Shown here piece after piece: positions 20,836-30,543 of a DNA stretch of 64,000 bases (position 1 is the first letter of the stretch; every line of letters begins with the position of its first letter). The stretch covers positions 1 to 64,000 of the forward strand of contig JBEQBC010000002.1 in NCBI GenBank assembly GCA_041640035.1. The letters run 5' to 3'. The translations under genes and the position numbers were made by a program. The DNA is from Candidatus Nanohaloarchaea archaeon (lineage in GTDB: Archaea; Nanohalarchaeota; Nanosalinia; Nanosalinales; Nanosalinaceae). The notes beneath the pieces were generated by a model. That model was not told the origin of the DNA. It was given only the letters and a program-made list of their open reading frames with translations, and did not search any database.

Positions 20836-21399
20836 GTGAATCTTGAAACAATTGAAGAAGACGGAGAAGTTCTAAAACTCAAACTCGAGGACGCAAACGA
20901 CGCAGTAGCAAACGCACTGCGAAGAGGAATAATGGTCAAAGTACCGACCCTCGCAGTACAGACACTCGAGATCACGAAGAACGGATCCGGCCAGTTCGAC
21001 GAAATGATCGCCAACAGAGTCGGACAGGTACCATTCACAGTACCACAGAAATTCGACGAAGAAGACACCCTCCATGTAGCACTCAAACAGGAAGGACCAG
21101 GAAAAGTAACAGCCTCAGACCTTCAAACAGACAACGACGAGGCAGAACCTGTCAAAGACCCTCTTCTCGTAACCTTGAAGGAAGGACAGGAACTTGAGTT
21201 CGAAGCAGAAGCAGAACTAGGCTACGGAGACGAACACGCCAAGCACCAAGGCGGAACCGTAGGATACGAGAAGACCGGTGAAGGCGAATACGAGTTCAGA
21301 ATCGAATCAAGCTCAGGATACAGCAACGAAGAACTTGTCGAGAAAGCACTTGAACAGGTTCAGACAGAGCTTGAAGAACTCGAAGAACAACTAGCATAA
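20836..21399 (+). CDS. rpoD: RNA polymerase subunit D (Rpo3), short form
   Basis: ANALRRGIMVKVPTLAV, DEMIANRVGQVP, HAKHQ, FRIESSSG; follows rps11. Confidence 0.93.
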   Translation: MNLETIEEDGEVLKLKLEDANDAVANALRRGIMVKVPTLAVQTLEITKNGSGQFDEMIANRVGQVPFTVPQKFDEEDTLHVALKQEGPGKVTASDLQTDNDEAEPVKDPLLVTLKEGQELEFEAEAELGYGDEHAKHQGGTVGYEKTGEGEYEFRIESSSGYSNEELVEKALEQVQTELEELEEQLA

Positions 21400-21508
21400 A
21401 CTTCTCTCTTATTCTATATCTCTAAATTTTTTCTATTGAACCTTTGTTTTTGTTGTAACTCTGTGCCGGTATATACAAAACAGTGAAGTCCGTATAACCA
21501 GTTTAATC

Positions 21509-22087
21509 ATGGCTGTAAGCAATATAGACGCTGATCTGAACGAGACAATCGACCGTGCGAGACAGCAGACAGATCAGCTGAACGAGTATAACCACAGTTT
21601 TGAGGTACTAGGATACGGTGTTCTAGACCGGGAACGGCTTGGAGATGAGTACCGTGCATTAGTGCCTCCAGAGGAAGCTGACGCAGTTGAGATGCTTGAG
21701 AAACAGAGCAGAGAGGTTGCGGAACAGTGGATAGAGACTCATGAAACAGTCGAAAGAGAGCTGCTTTACCTTTTCCCAGAATACGAGACCAGCGTACATG
21801 AGATGATAGTGGGAGAAACCGACCCGGAAAAGATACGGGAAAGCTTCGGTGTTGAACCTGACATGAATACTTACAGGGATAATGTCGAGCAGGTTCTTCA
21901 GATAAACAATGATTACAGGATTCTTGAGCACAGGATAGAGGACTTGAGCCGTTCACTGGAACGAGAGGATTATCCTTCACCAAGAGAAATCCGGATGGAG
22001 CAGGATCGATGGTACAGCAATCATAGAGAAAGACTTGAACAGCTGGAGTTCGTACAGGCATCCCAGTTAGAGGCCGATGAGCCCTGA
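21509..22087 (+). CDS. Hypothetical protein
   Basis: Acidic 192-aa ORF with host-like codon usage. Confidence 0.65.
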   Translation: MAVSNIDADLNETIDRARQQTDQLNEYNHSFEVLGYGVLDRERLGDEYRALVPPEEADAVEMLEKQSREVAEQWIETHETVERELLYLFPEYETSVHEMIVGETDPEKIRESFGVEPDMNTYRDNVEQVLQINNDYRILEHRIEDLSRSLEREDYPSPREIRMEQDRWYSNHRERLEQLEFVQASQLEADEP

Positions 22088-22128
22088 AAATGTTAAAAAA
22101 GAGAAAACCATATTATAACTAGATAAAG

Positions 22129-22509
22129 ATGCCAGAAGACATTCTTGATCGTGAAGCAGACCTCTTAACAGATGAAACATACACAAAAGCCAGACAGTTT
22201 ATTGAAACAGTTCAAGGTCACGCAGAAGGAGAAGTATCCGACCAAGCCCTGTTGAACGAGTACAGTCAGACACTTTCACTGATGTACCAGATGGAGCAAG
22301 CCCGTGTATCCACAGGACCGGATGTAAGAAGCGAGTTCGACGAGGTACACACGGAAAGATATGATGACAGGATGGAGCAGACAGGAGACAAATACGAGGA
22401 TATCAGAGAAGCACTAAGCCTAGGTACAGAGTACATTATGGATGAGTTCGACAGAGATCAGGTTCAGGAAGTGACTGATCAAGAGGCAGCATCACTTCTG
22501 GAACCATAA
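22129..22509 (+). CDS. Hypothetical protein
   Basis: Acidic helical 126-aa ORF with a TA-rich promoter-like upstream region. Confidence 0.65.
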   Translation: MPEDILDREADLLTDETYTKARQFIETVQGHAEGEVSDQALLNEYSQTLSLMYQMEQARVSTGPDVRSEFDEVHTERYDDRMEQTGDKYEDIREALSLGTEYIMDEFDRDQVQEVTDQEAASLLEP

Positions 22510-22558
22510 ATAAAATGAGAGAAAAAATTTAGTGGTTAAGGAAACAAAAAAAAGTTTT

Positions 22559-22972
22559 TTATGCGACAGTGATGATCTGTTTCTCCTTTCTCTCCCCATT
22601 CACCTTTATCTCTACTCCGTAGGTACCTGGTTCAAGCTGATCTGTCTCGAAATGGTAGACACCTACTCCTTTACAGTCATCTACGAATGTTGGTGTAGGC
22701 GGGTTCTCCTTTGACTTTAGGTTAAGTACTATCTGATTACCTGACTTGTAATTGTATGTGAGATCGCTGTCAGGGCTTTCTACATTGAACATGCCCTCGA
22801 ATACAAGTCTGTCGTCATCTGTCAAGGAGATATGTGTTTCCTCTGTTCTATCGTATTTACACTCTGTCTCTAGATCTTTCAGTTCTAGTCCCTGAGGCTG
22901 TCCTGAAACTCCTGCTACGAGCAGGACAAGAACCAGAATCAGAGCTGTTAGTCCTGTCCAGACATATTCCAT
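22559..22972 (-). CDS. Membrane-anchored or exported small beta protein
   Basis: N-terminal hydrophobic helix, two Cys, and a PGTYGVEIKVNG terminal strand. Confidence 0.7.
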   Translation of the reverse strand: MEYVWTGLTALILVLVLLVAGVSGQPQGLELKDLETECKYDRTEETHISLTDDDRLVFEGMFNVESPDSDLTYNYKSGNQIVLNLKSKENPPTPTFVDDCKGVGVYHFETDQLEPGTYGVEIKVNGERKEKQIITVA

Positions 22973-23062
22973 ATTTACTATCTAGAAGTAAAAACTTATT
23001 ATAGTGTCGGATCGTAAAAACCGTGAAGTTATTAAGTTCTCAACGGGAAAAAATCATTATAG

Positions 23063-23845
23063 ATGTCCAAAGGCAGAATAATCGGCCTCATATCAGGAAA
23101 AGGCGGAGTAGGTAAAACCAGCCTCACAGCCAACCTAGGAGTCTCACTCAGAGAACACGGAAAAGAAGTAACCATAGTAGACGCAGACTTCTCAGCATCC
23201 AACCTAGGCGTATTCCTCGGCCGATACGACCACCCAGTCAAAATACAGCAAGTTCTACACGGAAAAGCACAGCCAGAGGACGCAATCTTCCGACATCCAA
23301 CCGGAGTCAAAGCCATCACATCCAGCAACGAAATAGACTATGTAGAACCGGATACAGAAAACCTGCAGGAGGTACTGGAAAAAGCAGCCGAACAGTCAGA
23401 CTATGTACTCGTCGACTGCCCACCAGGACTCAACCAGACAGTAGAAAACATCATGATGGCCTGCGACGAACTCATGATAGTCACAATGCCAACACAGACA
23501 TCAGGAGTCAACGCAGCACAGATAATAGAGAAAGCCAAAGAACTACGCGTACCGATACTCGGAACAGTAGTCAACAAAACATCAGGCGACCCAGAAATCG
23601 AACTGGTCGAACGGGAGATAGAGATGATGACAGAAAGCCACATACTCAAACAGATACCACACGACCAGACCATGCGAGAAAGCCTATTCGAATCAACACC
23701 GATCGTCAAACACGAACCACTCGCAGAAGCCTCACTCGAAATAAGAGAACTCGCAGCAGACCTAGAAGGCAAAGAATTCGAAAGACCAAAGTTCGCCAAG
23801 TTCAAGAGAAAACTAAACAACCTCAAAAAGAACCTAGGCAACTAA
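23063..23845 (+). CDS. MinD/ParA family ATPase
   Basis: Deviant Walker A SGKGGVGKT, VDAD, VLVDCPPG, and a basic amphipathic C-terminus. Confidence 0.9.
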   Translation: MSKGRIIGLISGKGGVGKTSLTANLGVSLREHGKEVTIVDADFSASNLGVFLGRYDHPVKIQQVLHGKAQPEDAIFRHPTGVKAITSSNEIDYVEPDTENLQEVLEKAAEQSDYVLVDCPPGLNQTVENIMMACDELMIVTMPTQTSGVNAAQIIEKAKELRVPILGTVVNKTSGDPEIELVEREIEMMTESHILKQIPHDQTMRESLFESTPIVKHEPLAEASLEIRELAADLEGKEFERPKFAKFKRKLNNLKKNLGN

Positions 23846-23873
23846 AACTCAGTATAAAAAGTACTCCGCTTCT

Positions 23874-26561
23874 TTAATGCATCGCCTGCTTGTGAATCTT
23901 CACACCAGTAGCATTCTCAAACTCCTCACCACACACATCACAAACATTATCCGGAACATCCTCAGAAATCTCTGAATCATCCTCACTTTCTTCCTCCTCG
24001 GAACTCTCAGAATCCTGTTCTTCTTCAGTTTCAGGTTCATCGACTTGCTCCGGTTCTTCTTTATCCGGGTTCACATCCGGTCTCTGAACTCTTGAACCCT
24101 GACTTGAAGCTCCTCCAGCGATGTTAGGTCGAGAACGATCGCTGCCGCCACCTCTTCTCCTTCTACCACTGTCTCCCTGATCCTTCTTTTTCTTCACTGC
24201 GGCAGCCAGGATCATCGTGAAAATCATGATCAATCCAAGAGCGATGTTCAGATCACTCTGGCTCTCCACGAAGTTTCCTGTCATTCTCTGAGCTTCACTA
24301 AACGCCCCGGTGATCGGATTATCTGTAGTATTATCAGAACTTGCTGGCTGTGTCTCGTTGAAATCGTTGTTTTGATCCTGAGTTCCATCTGTCTCTGAAT
24401 CATCCTGTTGATCATCTGATTCGTTCTCTTGACTGCTGTTCTGCTGTTCTTCCTGTTCCGGTTCAAGTGTTGTCAGGATGAGTGCAGATGCTTCAACGGA
24501 CTCATCTCCGGATTCAGCCTCTACATTAGCGGTAAGCTCAGGATAACACTGGCTGCTGCAGTAATCATCAGGAAGAGCAAGGTTAACCGTGACAGTTCTG
24601 GTATTTCCGCTTTCGATGCTTTCTGGTGCATCCACGCTTTCGACATACTGATCTTCGAAACCGGTTATTCCTACATCGATATTTTCTACCGAGGTCTGAC
24701 CTGTGTTCGTCAGTTCGAACTCTACACTGGTTGTCTCTCCCTGGCTGATATCCTGGTCTGATGCTACATCAGTTTCAATGCCTTTCTCGTATTCCACAGT
24801 AACTGTTTCATCGCTTGAAACGCTGAGTGAGTTGTAAGGTGGTTTAACCGCGTTCATCTCCAGTACATAGTTGCCTGGTCCGGCCTTAACCGGTTCACTG
24901 ATGCTGAAGGATCCTGTAGAATCGGTTGTAGTATTCCATGAATAATCGGTGTCCTTGAAGGAAAGTGTTACATCTGCGTCTTCAACACGGTTGCCGGATT
25001 CATCTACAAGTACGCCTGAAATATCTATCTCTTCGTTGTAAGTTAGTTCTGTGGATTCTACTGTTATGGATTCTTGTAGCTGTAGATCAGATTTCTTGCC
25101 AACGATGAATGCGTGCATAAGAATATCATTGGAACCATCTGAGCTTTCTGGAGTTGTATAAGGCTCTATTTCATAGATATTGACATTATTAGTACTGAAA
25201 ACTACACCGGTGTTAGAATCTGATACTTTCTCCCAGTTCTCCATGCATTCTGTTCCGTCGAAGTTCCAGAAGCTGCATTTGTAGACCTGAACTTTCTCCA
25301 GATTCACTTCTCCTGAGTCAAACGCCATAGATAAGCTGTCGATACCGCCTTGAATCGGGTATGCGAATTTTGTTGCCATCATGTTCACCGATTCCAAACC
25401 TTCAACTCTGTTTGATGGACTGTTCCAGTACTGGTACCTTATTGCTGCGCTTCCAAGACCGAGGTCAGAGTCCTCGGATAGAACAGGATCATTCAGCACG
25501 ACTGATGAGTCAGGTGCTTCCAGTCCTCTATCATAGAAGTCAAGTTTTATCGAGTCGAACTGGCTTTGAGCTATAGTAGTTGAAAACACGCCGTCTTCCC
25601 CAGTATTTACCCTGGTGTTCTTCCGGCCGTTTAGAAGCATCTCAGTTCTTACACCTGCTCCAGCTGAGTCTCTGATTGCTCCTGAGAACTCTGTACTTTT
25701 ATCCACTCTAGTCTCGTCTACGGTGAATGAGACAGGGCTCTGGCTTTCATATTCTGCTTCATAGGCTACCTGAAGCGTAAACATGTATTTTCCTGCTGGA
25801 AGCTGGTCCAGGTAGTTCATGTTGTCGATTGAGACTTCGTAGTTGTAGTTTGAGTCGCTTGACGGTTGAACCTGTTCAAGCCATTTAGCGTCCTCGTATT
25901 CATTACTGGATGCATCGAAGTCATCAAGTTCATCTATATCTATCCTCTCGGAAAAACCGTCGTTATTTTCATCTCTTAAAGCGTGAACTGTTAGACGGAA
26001 GTTTTCATCATCTAATGGCGATTCAGGTAGTGAAGAATCTCCTTTATGATCCACATCAAGGTAGAACCTGTAATCTCCGTTCTCAACCTGTTCATAGGAA
26101 AGATCTCTTCCAGGATTAGTATCTCCTACCTTGTCCGCGCTCCATTCGTAGATCTTCGGATCGAATGTGCTGGTATTTGTTGCGTTGTCGAATTCAGATT
26201 TGTTGAATGTTACAGTTGTACCTTCGTCGAAGTAGGAATCTACTGAAGCAGTTAAAGTAAGATTAAGCCATTTTCCTTCTTGATCGCTGTCAACTATCTG
26301 TGGAGAACTGAGCCCGGTTCCGAAACTGAAGTCCGATGCCTGAACCTGAGAAAGATCATACATCGAAGTATTGTTTACTTTTATTCCAAGTTTGATTGGA
26401 GAAGTTGTGTCCAGTCCATCACTGTTACCTACTAGTTCGCCGCCTACAAAACTTGTTCCGTTCTGTGTAACCTCCATTTCTACATGTGTGGAAGCTGCTG
26501 TAAAACCGATAGAAAGTATGAGTGCCAGGAGAAGTGTCAGGTTTTTGTAGTGACTGGGCAT
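23874..26561 (-). CDS. Large exported multi-Ig/CARDB-like surface protein with TM anchor and cytoplasmic C2H2 zinc finger
   Basis: Signal peptide, beta-rich domains (FELTNTGQTSVENI), acidic linker, TM IALGLIMIFTMILAAAV, and C-terminal CDVC...H...H. Confidence 0.85.
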   Translation of the reverse strand: MPSHYKNLTLLLALILSIGFTAASTHVEMEVTQNGTSFVGGELVGNSDGLDTTSPIKLGIKVNNTSMYDLSQVQASDFSFGTGLSSPQIVDSDQEGKWLNLTLTASVDSYFDEGTTVTFNKSEFDNATNTSTFDPKIYEWSADKVGDTNPGRDLSYEQVENGDYRFYLDVDHKGDSSLPESPLDDENFRLTVHALRDENNDGFSERIDIDELDDFDASSNEYEDAKWLEQVQPSSDSNYNYEVSIDNMNYLDQLPAGKYMFTLQVAYEAEYESQSPVSFTVDETRVDKSTEFSGAIRDSAGAGVRTEMLLNGRKNTRVNTGEDGVFSTTIAQSQFDSIKLDFYDRGLEAPDSSVVLNDPVLSEDSDLGLGSAAIRYQYWNSPSNRVEGLESVNMMATKFAYPIQGGIDSLSMAFDSGEVNLEKVQVYKCSFWNFDGTECMENWEKVSDSNTGVVFSTNNVNIYEIEPYTTPESSDGSNDILMHAFIVGKKSDLQLQESITVESTELTYNEEIDISGVLVDESGNRVEDADVTLSFKDTDYSWNTTTDSTGSFSISEPVKAGPGNYVLEMNAVKPPYNSLSVSSDETVTVEYEKGIETDVASDQDISQGETTSVEFELTNTGQTSVENIDVGITGFEDQYVESVDAPESIESGNTRTVTVNLALPDDYCSSQCYPELTANVEAESGDESVEASALILTTLEPEQEEQQNSSQENESDDQQDDSETDGTQDQNNDFNETQPASSDNTTDNPITGAFSEAQRMTGNFVESQSDLNIALGLIMIFTMILAAAVKKKKDQGDSGRRRRGGGSDRSRPNIAGGASSQGSRVQRPDVNPDKEEPEQVDEPETEEEQDSESSEEEESEDDSEISEDVPDNVCDVCGEEFENATGVKIHKQAMH

Positions 26562-26597
26562 CTAGTTAAGTATTTGGTGTCTGACTACTTTAAAGCT

Positions 26598-27377
26598 TTA
26601 ATTCTGGTCTGTACGGGCTCTGAGATACTGAGCTAGATTAAGCGCTGCGAGCAGGATGATGAGAAGGAACAGCGGCAGTCTTCCGGTATTCATCAGGCTC
26701 TGTAACGCTGTAGGGTTTTCTCTCAAACCTACTTCTGTAGTAGCCTCAACCGTACCGTTCTGAACCACAGCGTATGTAATGTTCTCAGTGTCAGTAAATA
26801 TAGGCGGATCGTAACTTATCTCAGCCTCCCCCTCAGTTAAACTTGTTGAAGAGGTCTTCCAGTGAGGAGGTGCCTCAACCGGCACAAGCATACCCTCATC
26901 ATAACCTTCTACAGAGATGTCGGCACCATCAGAATCTGCTTTATAGGTTCTTGACTCAGTTGAATTACCTAATGTGATGTTTGAAGTAGTATAGTTGAAT
27001 TCCTGTACTTCTTCGGTCTGTCCACAGTACTCAGCTGTAAGGTTTCCACTCACCGTTCCTGTATAATTCGATGTTATCAGATGGATTTTTGACCTGTGTG
27101 TGTCGCCCGGCCATAAAGGTACTCCGGTTGAATACCGGTCGAAGCTCTGGTTACCGTATTGGTACTCTGCTTTCAGTCTGTAAACGCAGCCTATCGAGCC
27201 AGAGTTTTCTACAGATGCGTTAAGGTTCTGTACTCCGGAAACATTTTCACTGTATTTTACATCAGTTACTCTGGTAGAAGTTACATCATCTATGGAGACA
27301 TCGAAAGTGAATCCTGCTGCTGGAGCAGCGACGATAGAAAATACGGTTAGTAGAATGGCTGTTTTATATCGAGCCAT
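26598..27377 (-). CDS. Exported beta-rich protein with C-terminal TM anchor
   Basis: Signal peptide, VENSGSIGC Ig-like motif, many NxS/T sequons, TM LFLLIILLAAL. Confidence 0.8.
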   Translation of the reverse strand: MARYKTAILLTVFSIVAAPAAGFTFDVSIDDVTSTRVTDVKYSENVSGVQNLNASVENSGSIGCVYRLKAEYQYGNQSFDRYSTGVPLWPGDTHRSKIHLITSNYTGTVSGNLTAEYCGQTEEVQEFNYTTSNITLGNSTESRTYKADSDGADISVEGYDEGMLVPVEAPPHWKTSSTSLTEGEAEISYDPPIFTDTENITYAVVQNGTVEATTEVGLRENPTALQSLMNTGRLPLFLLIILLAALNLAQYLRARTDQN

Positions 27378-27832
27378 ATGCTTGATCCCTCCTTATCGGC
27401 TGCATGTACATTTATCGTTACTTTTCCTGTGTAGTTGCCTGGTTCACGGGCAACAAACTCGAAAGGAATCTTTTTGCTACCGTTGAACCTGTGAACTTCA
27501 TCATAATTTAGATATTCCGTTATATTGCCTTCTGCATCCACTAGAACTATTGTATCTCTTTCAGTTTGAACATTGATAGTTCTTGTGAAGTTGACATTAT
27601 CAGATATCATTCTACCAAACTCCAGGCTGCCATTATCGACTGAAGTTCCTATTTCGCTAGTATTGTTATCAGCGATTACTTCTGCAGTAGTATTGAAGGT
27701 TATTTCCTGCTTTTCCAGAAGTAGTGAATCCATAGCATAAGGTGTTACAAATATACCTACAGAAAGAACGGTTGCCAAAACCACGAGTACTACCTGTGGC
27801 TCTATTGGCAGTCTGTTTCCTAGTTCAGACAT
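27347..27832 (-). CDS. N-terminally anchored single beta-domain (pilin-like) protein
   Basis: N-terminal TM, then LEFG...PGNYTGKVTINV. Confidence 0.75.
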   Translation of the reverse strand: MSELGNRLPIEPQVVLVVLATVLSVGIFVTPYAMDSLLLEKQEITFNTTAEVIADNNTSEIGTSVDNGSLEFGRMISDNVNFTRTINVQTERDTIVLVDAEGNITEYLNYDEVHRFNGSKKIPFEFVAREPGNYTGKVTINVHAADKEGSSIWLDIKQPFY

Positions 27833-28940
27833 AATATATGATTATCACCGGAGTTGTTAAAAGTACTATTAGAAGCCAGTTTGAAGCTGGCGAAACCAGT
27901 ATGAATAGTCCAATTCCTATGAAACCTGCTCCTACTATAATCCAGAACAGGTCGAAACCGAAAGAGTACATTATAGTCGCTAGAACCACTACGAACAGGC
28001 CTAGGAGCCATAGAGGAGTTGATGATTCTGATTGAGTGTTCGTATTATTGTTATTGTTGAAATCTTCTGGATCGGAAGGGTTTTCAGGAGCCTCAGAAGC
28101 TATAGAGATAGTTTGCTGTCCTATGAAGGTTTGAGATGAACTGTAATCTAGGGTGCCGTTTACCATGTAGCTTCCTTGAGTCACATTAGGAGAATCAAAG
28201 TCTAACGGGATGACATCACTCTGGCCAGGACTGAGAGAGTAATAGCCTACTGAGGCTGAATGAACCTTATTATTGGTTGCTCTATTGTAAATATCAATAT
28301 TTCCTCCCTGTAGAGAAGTAGTAACCGAGCCTCTATTAGCAACCCTCAGATCGACCCTAGCTGAATTAGATCCTGTTCTTAATCCTCTGGCGTCAACTAC
28401 TTCTAGTCTTCTCTCAGGACTTTCTCCAGTTTGAACATTGAAAACGAACATCGGTAGAGAAACTGTCTGAGTCAGAGCTCCGAACCCAGAACCTCCTCCT
28501 GTCTGTGGATTCAAGGATACAACTCCTGCATGCCAACCCGGTTCAGCGTCATTCGGCACCCTTACATTAAATGAAACCTGGCCATTCGCATTGATAGTGT
28601 CTCCATTAGATAGAACATACGGTGTGGAATTAGTCGGATCTATAGTAGAAGTTTCTTGATCAAAGCTTACCCAGTCAGTTATATCCTCCTCAGAATACTC
28701 TTGTACAGGAATGGGAGAATCCTCCGGATTCAATACTTTACTCGACACAGGCATCTCAGCTGATGGAGCTACAGGATATGGCTCTTCAAAACTTGTTCCA
28801 GAAACATAGATGGTTCCACGAAGAGTTTGGCCTGGCTGTACTTCTCCCAGGTTTTGGAAGCTTGGTGCTGCGCCGGTTGACTGGGCTGTTACCCCTGATA
28901 TCATGGTTATCAGTAGGGTGGCAATCACTAGTTTCTTCAT
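27825..28940 (-). CDS. Exported two-Ig-domain protein with C-terminal TM helices (DUF916/WxL-interacting-like)
   Basis: Signal peptide; DWVSF...FNVRVPNDAEPGWHAGVV; second domain VANRGSVT...LSPGQ; hydrophobic C-terminus. Family resemblance judged by eye. Confidence 0.7.
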   Translation of the reverse strand: MKKLVIATLLITMISGVTAQSTGAAPSFQNLGEVQPGQTLRGTIYVSGTSFEEPYPVAPSAEMPVSSKVLNPEDSPIPVQEYSEEDITDWVSFDQETSTIDPTNSTPYVLSNGDTINANGQVSFNVRVPNDAEPGWHAGVVSLNPQTGGGSGFGALTQTVSLPMFVFNVQTGESPERRLEVVDARGLRTGSNSARVDLRVANRGSVTTSLQGGNIDIYNRATNNKVHSASVGYYSLSPGQSDVIPLDFDSPNVTQGSYMVNGTLDYSSSQTFIGQQTISIASEAPENPSDPEDFNNNNNTNTQSESSTPLWLLGLFVVVLATIMYSFGFDLFWIIVGAGFIGIGLFILVSPASNWLLIVLLTTPVIIIYYV

Positions 28941-29023
28941 AACATTATTATTGGGGCGGACCTGTATTTAATAGGTTCTAACCGGTATAGAAGCGGTAGT
29001 GTTTCGGGTTTCTTAGGTTAAGC

Positions 29024-29276
29024 TTTTTATACAAGCTTCGGGAATTTCTTTTTCGAAGGGGGAGTTTAGGGTTGAAGAGCAAAAACATCAAGTGTAACAA
29101 TCTATGAAAACAATTACACCGAAACTTGAATCCTTACGCTCCTCTGACAGCTCTATTTCTATTCTTCAACCAGCATTTCCCGGGATGACTGATCAGTCAA
29201 ACTTTGAAACTGACAAATCCCAACCCTATAGGGCTGGTAACTCAAAATCCTTTATCAACGACACGGAGGTGACAAT
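29024..29276 (+). promoter_or_regulatory. TATA-like box, long structured leader and strong SD of the 29277 gene
   Basis: TTTTTATA at 29024-29031; inverted repeat GGTTGAAGA (29070-78)/TCTTCAACC (29163-71); GGAGGTGA at 29265-72. Confidence 0.55.
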
Positions 29277-30440
29277 ATGAAGAAAAAATTAGCAACAACA
29301 GCAGTACTGACAGCACTGGTACTCGGAATGACTTTCTCAGGCGCAGCACAAGGAACAGACCTAGAAGACACCAACACTCCTAATGAGAACGATACAAGTC
29401 TGAATGAAGGATCAAACATCAATGTAAATATCTCGAGTACCACCCAGATTGATGTGAAGCCTAACTCTCTTTCATTCGATAATCTAGATGTAGGAACTCA
29501 GACGACGACAGAGAACACAGGCGATAACCGGTTCGGATCATTCTCAATTGAGAATATCGGATCCGAATACATCGATCTTATCTGGGCACAGGCATCTAGA
29601 CCTGCAAGCGATCCATTCGGAACAGGAGATCCTAATGCTTACAATGCAGGAAACTTCCTGCAGATCAGACCTGCCGACACAACAAGAGGAGGAGTCTCAG
29701 GTTCATCCAACTACCATTATGTGAACCGTTACGAGTACGCAAACTCATGGACTTCCTCACAAGGAGAGATTCCTTCCTACATTGAAGCCGTTCCAGGTGA
29801 AACAAGAAGCGGAGGAGATCCTTCCGACACATTTGTTGGAAGAATTCAGGCAGGTGACGAGTGGTACTTCTACACAGTAGTACCTGCTTCTGGAGAATCA
29901 ACCTGTGACGATAGCGGTGCAGACCTGAGAATCGGTAACGAGCGACACAGCTCCAACCTATTCGGCACATCGAACTTCACAGCTGCCAATCAGAACGATG
30001 GTGGAGCCACTGGCTACACTCAGTACGATCTCGAATCCACGAACGGAGAGTACGGACTGACACAGAGTTCAGTATCACTAGACTTCGATATCGACGATGA
30101 TGGAACTACGGACACGACAAGAAGTTACGACTTCCTAACAGTCTGTGATACTTCAGGAAATGTAGACGAGAGCGAACCACATGTGATTAGAACTCGTTAC
30201 AACCCTCAGGCCGGAGACATCCCTGACCTAACACAGAACGCAACAGGAGATGCAGGAGACAATTCCGGTACACAGGTTCAGTTCCTACTTGACGCAGGAG
30301 ACGCATCAGAAAACCTAGTTCCTGGAGAACACATCCAGGTAGATGCAGCGATTGAAGTTCCTCAGGGAGTCCCTGAAGGAGGCGTCTCAACAGGACAGCT
30401 GACATTCTATGTCACATCAGACGACGATGCACAGCAGTAA
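29277..30440 (+). CDS. Secreted, anchor-less beta protein; candidate major fibre subunit
   Basis: Signal peptide, no TM anchor, N-terminal SNINVNISSTTQIDV...LSFDNL, final strand EVPQGVPEGGVSTGQLTFYV. It has a perfect SD and is followed by its own T-rich terminator. Confidence 0.8.
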   Translation: MKKKLATTAVLTALVLGMTFSGAAQGTDLEDTNTPNENDTSLNEGSNINVNISSTTQIDVKPNSLSFDNLDVGTQTTTENTGDNRFGSFSIENIGSEYIDLIWAQASRPASDPFGTGDPNAYNAGNFLQIRPADTTRGGVSGSSNYHYVNRYEYANSWTSSQGEIPSYIEAVPGETRSGGDPSDTFVGRIQAGDEWYFYTVVPASGESTCDDSGADLRIGNERHSSNLFGTSNFTAANQNDGGATGYTQYDLESTNGEYGLTQSSVSLDFDIDDDGTTDTTRSYDFLTVCDTSGNVDESEPHVIRTRYNPQAGDIPDLTQNATGDAGDNSGTQVQFLLDAGDASENLVPGEHIQVDAAIEVPQGVPEGGVSTGQLTFYVTSDDDAQQ

Positions 30441-30452
30441 GTCTGAAAACCA

Positions 30453-30490
30453 AATTTTTCTCTTCTCTTTTTTCTTTATTTTCAATCTCT
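30453..30490 (+). terminator. T-rich putative terminator after the 29277 gene
   Basis: AATTTTTCTCTTCTCTTTTTTCTTTATTTTC immediately downstream of the stop. Confidence 0.55.
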
Positions 30491-30543
30491 AACTGAAGTT
30501 CTTGACAGTCTTTTTATTCAGAGACGGACCACTATTTTTGTGT

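Noticed and set aside
29277-30440. Haloarchaeal-type S-layer glycoprotein or type IV pilin
   Set aside because: It has no PGF-CTERM/TM anchor or Thr-rich tail, and no clear class III signal peptide. A different S-layer type cannot be fully excluded.
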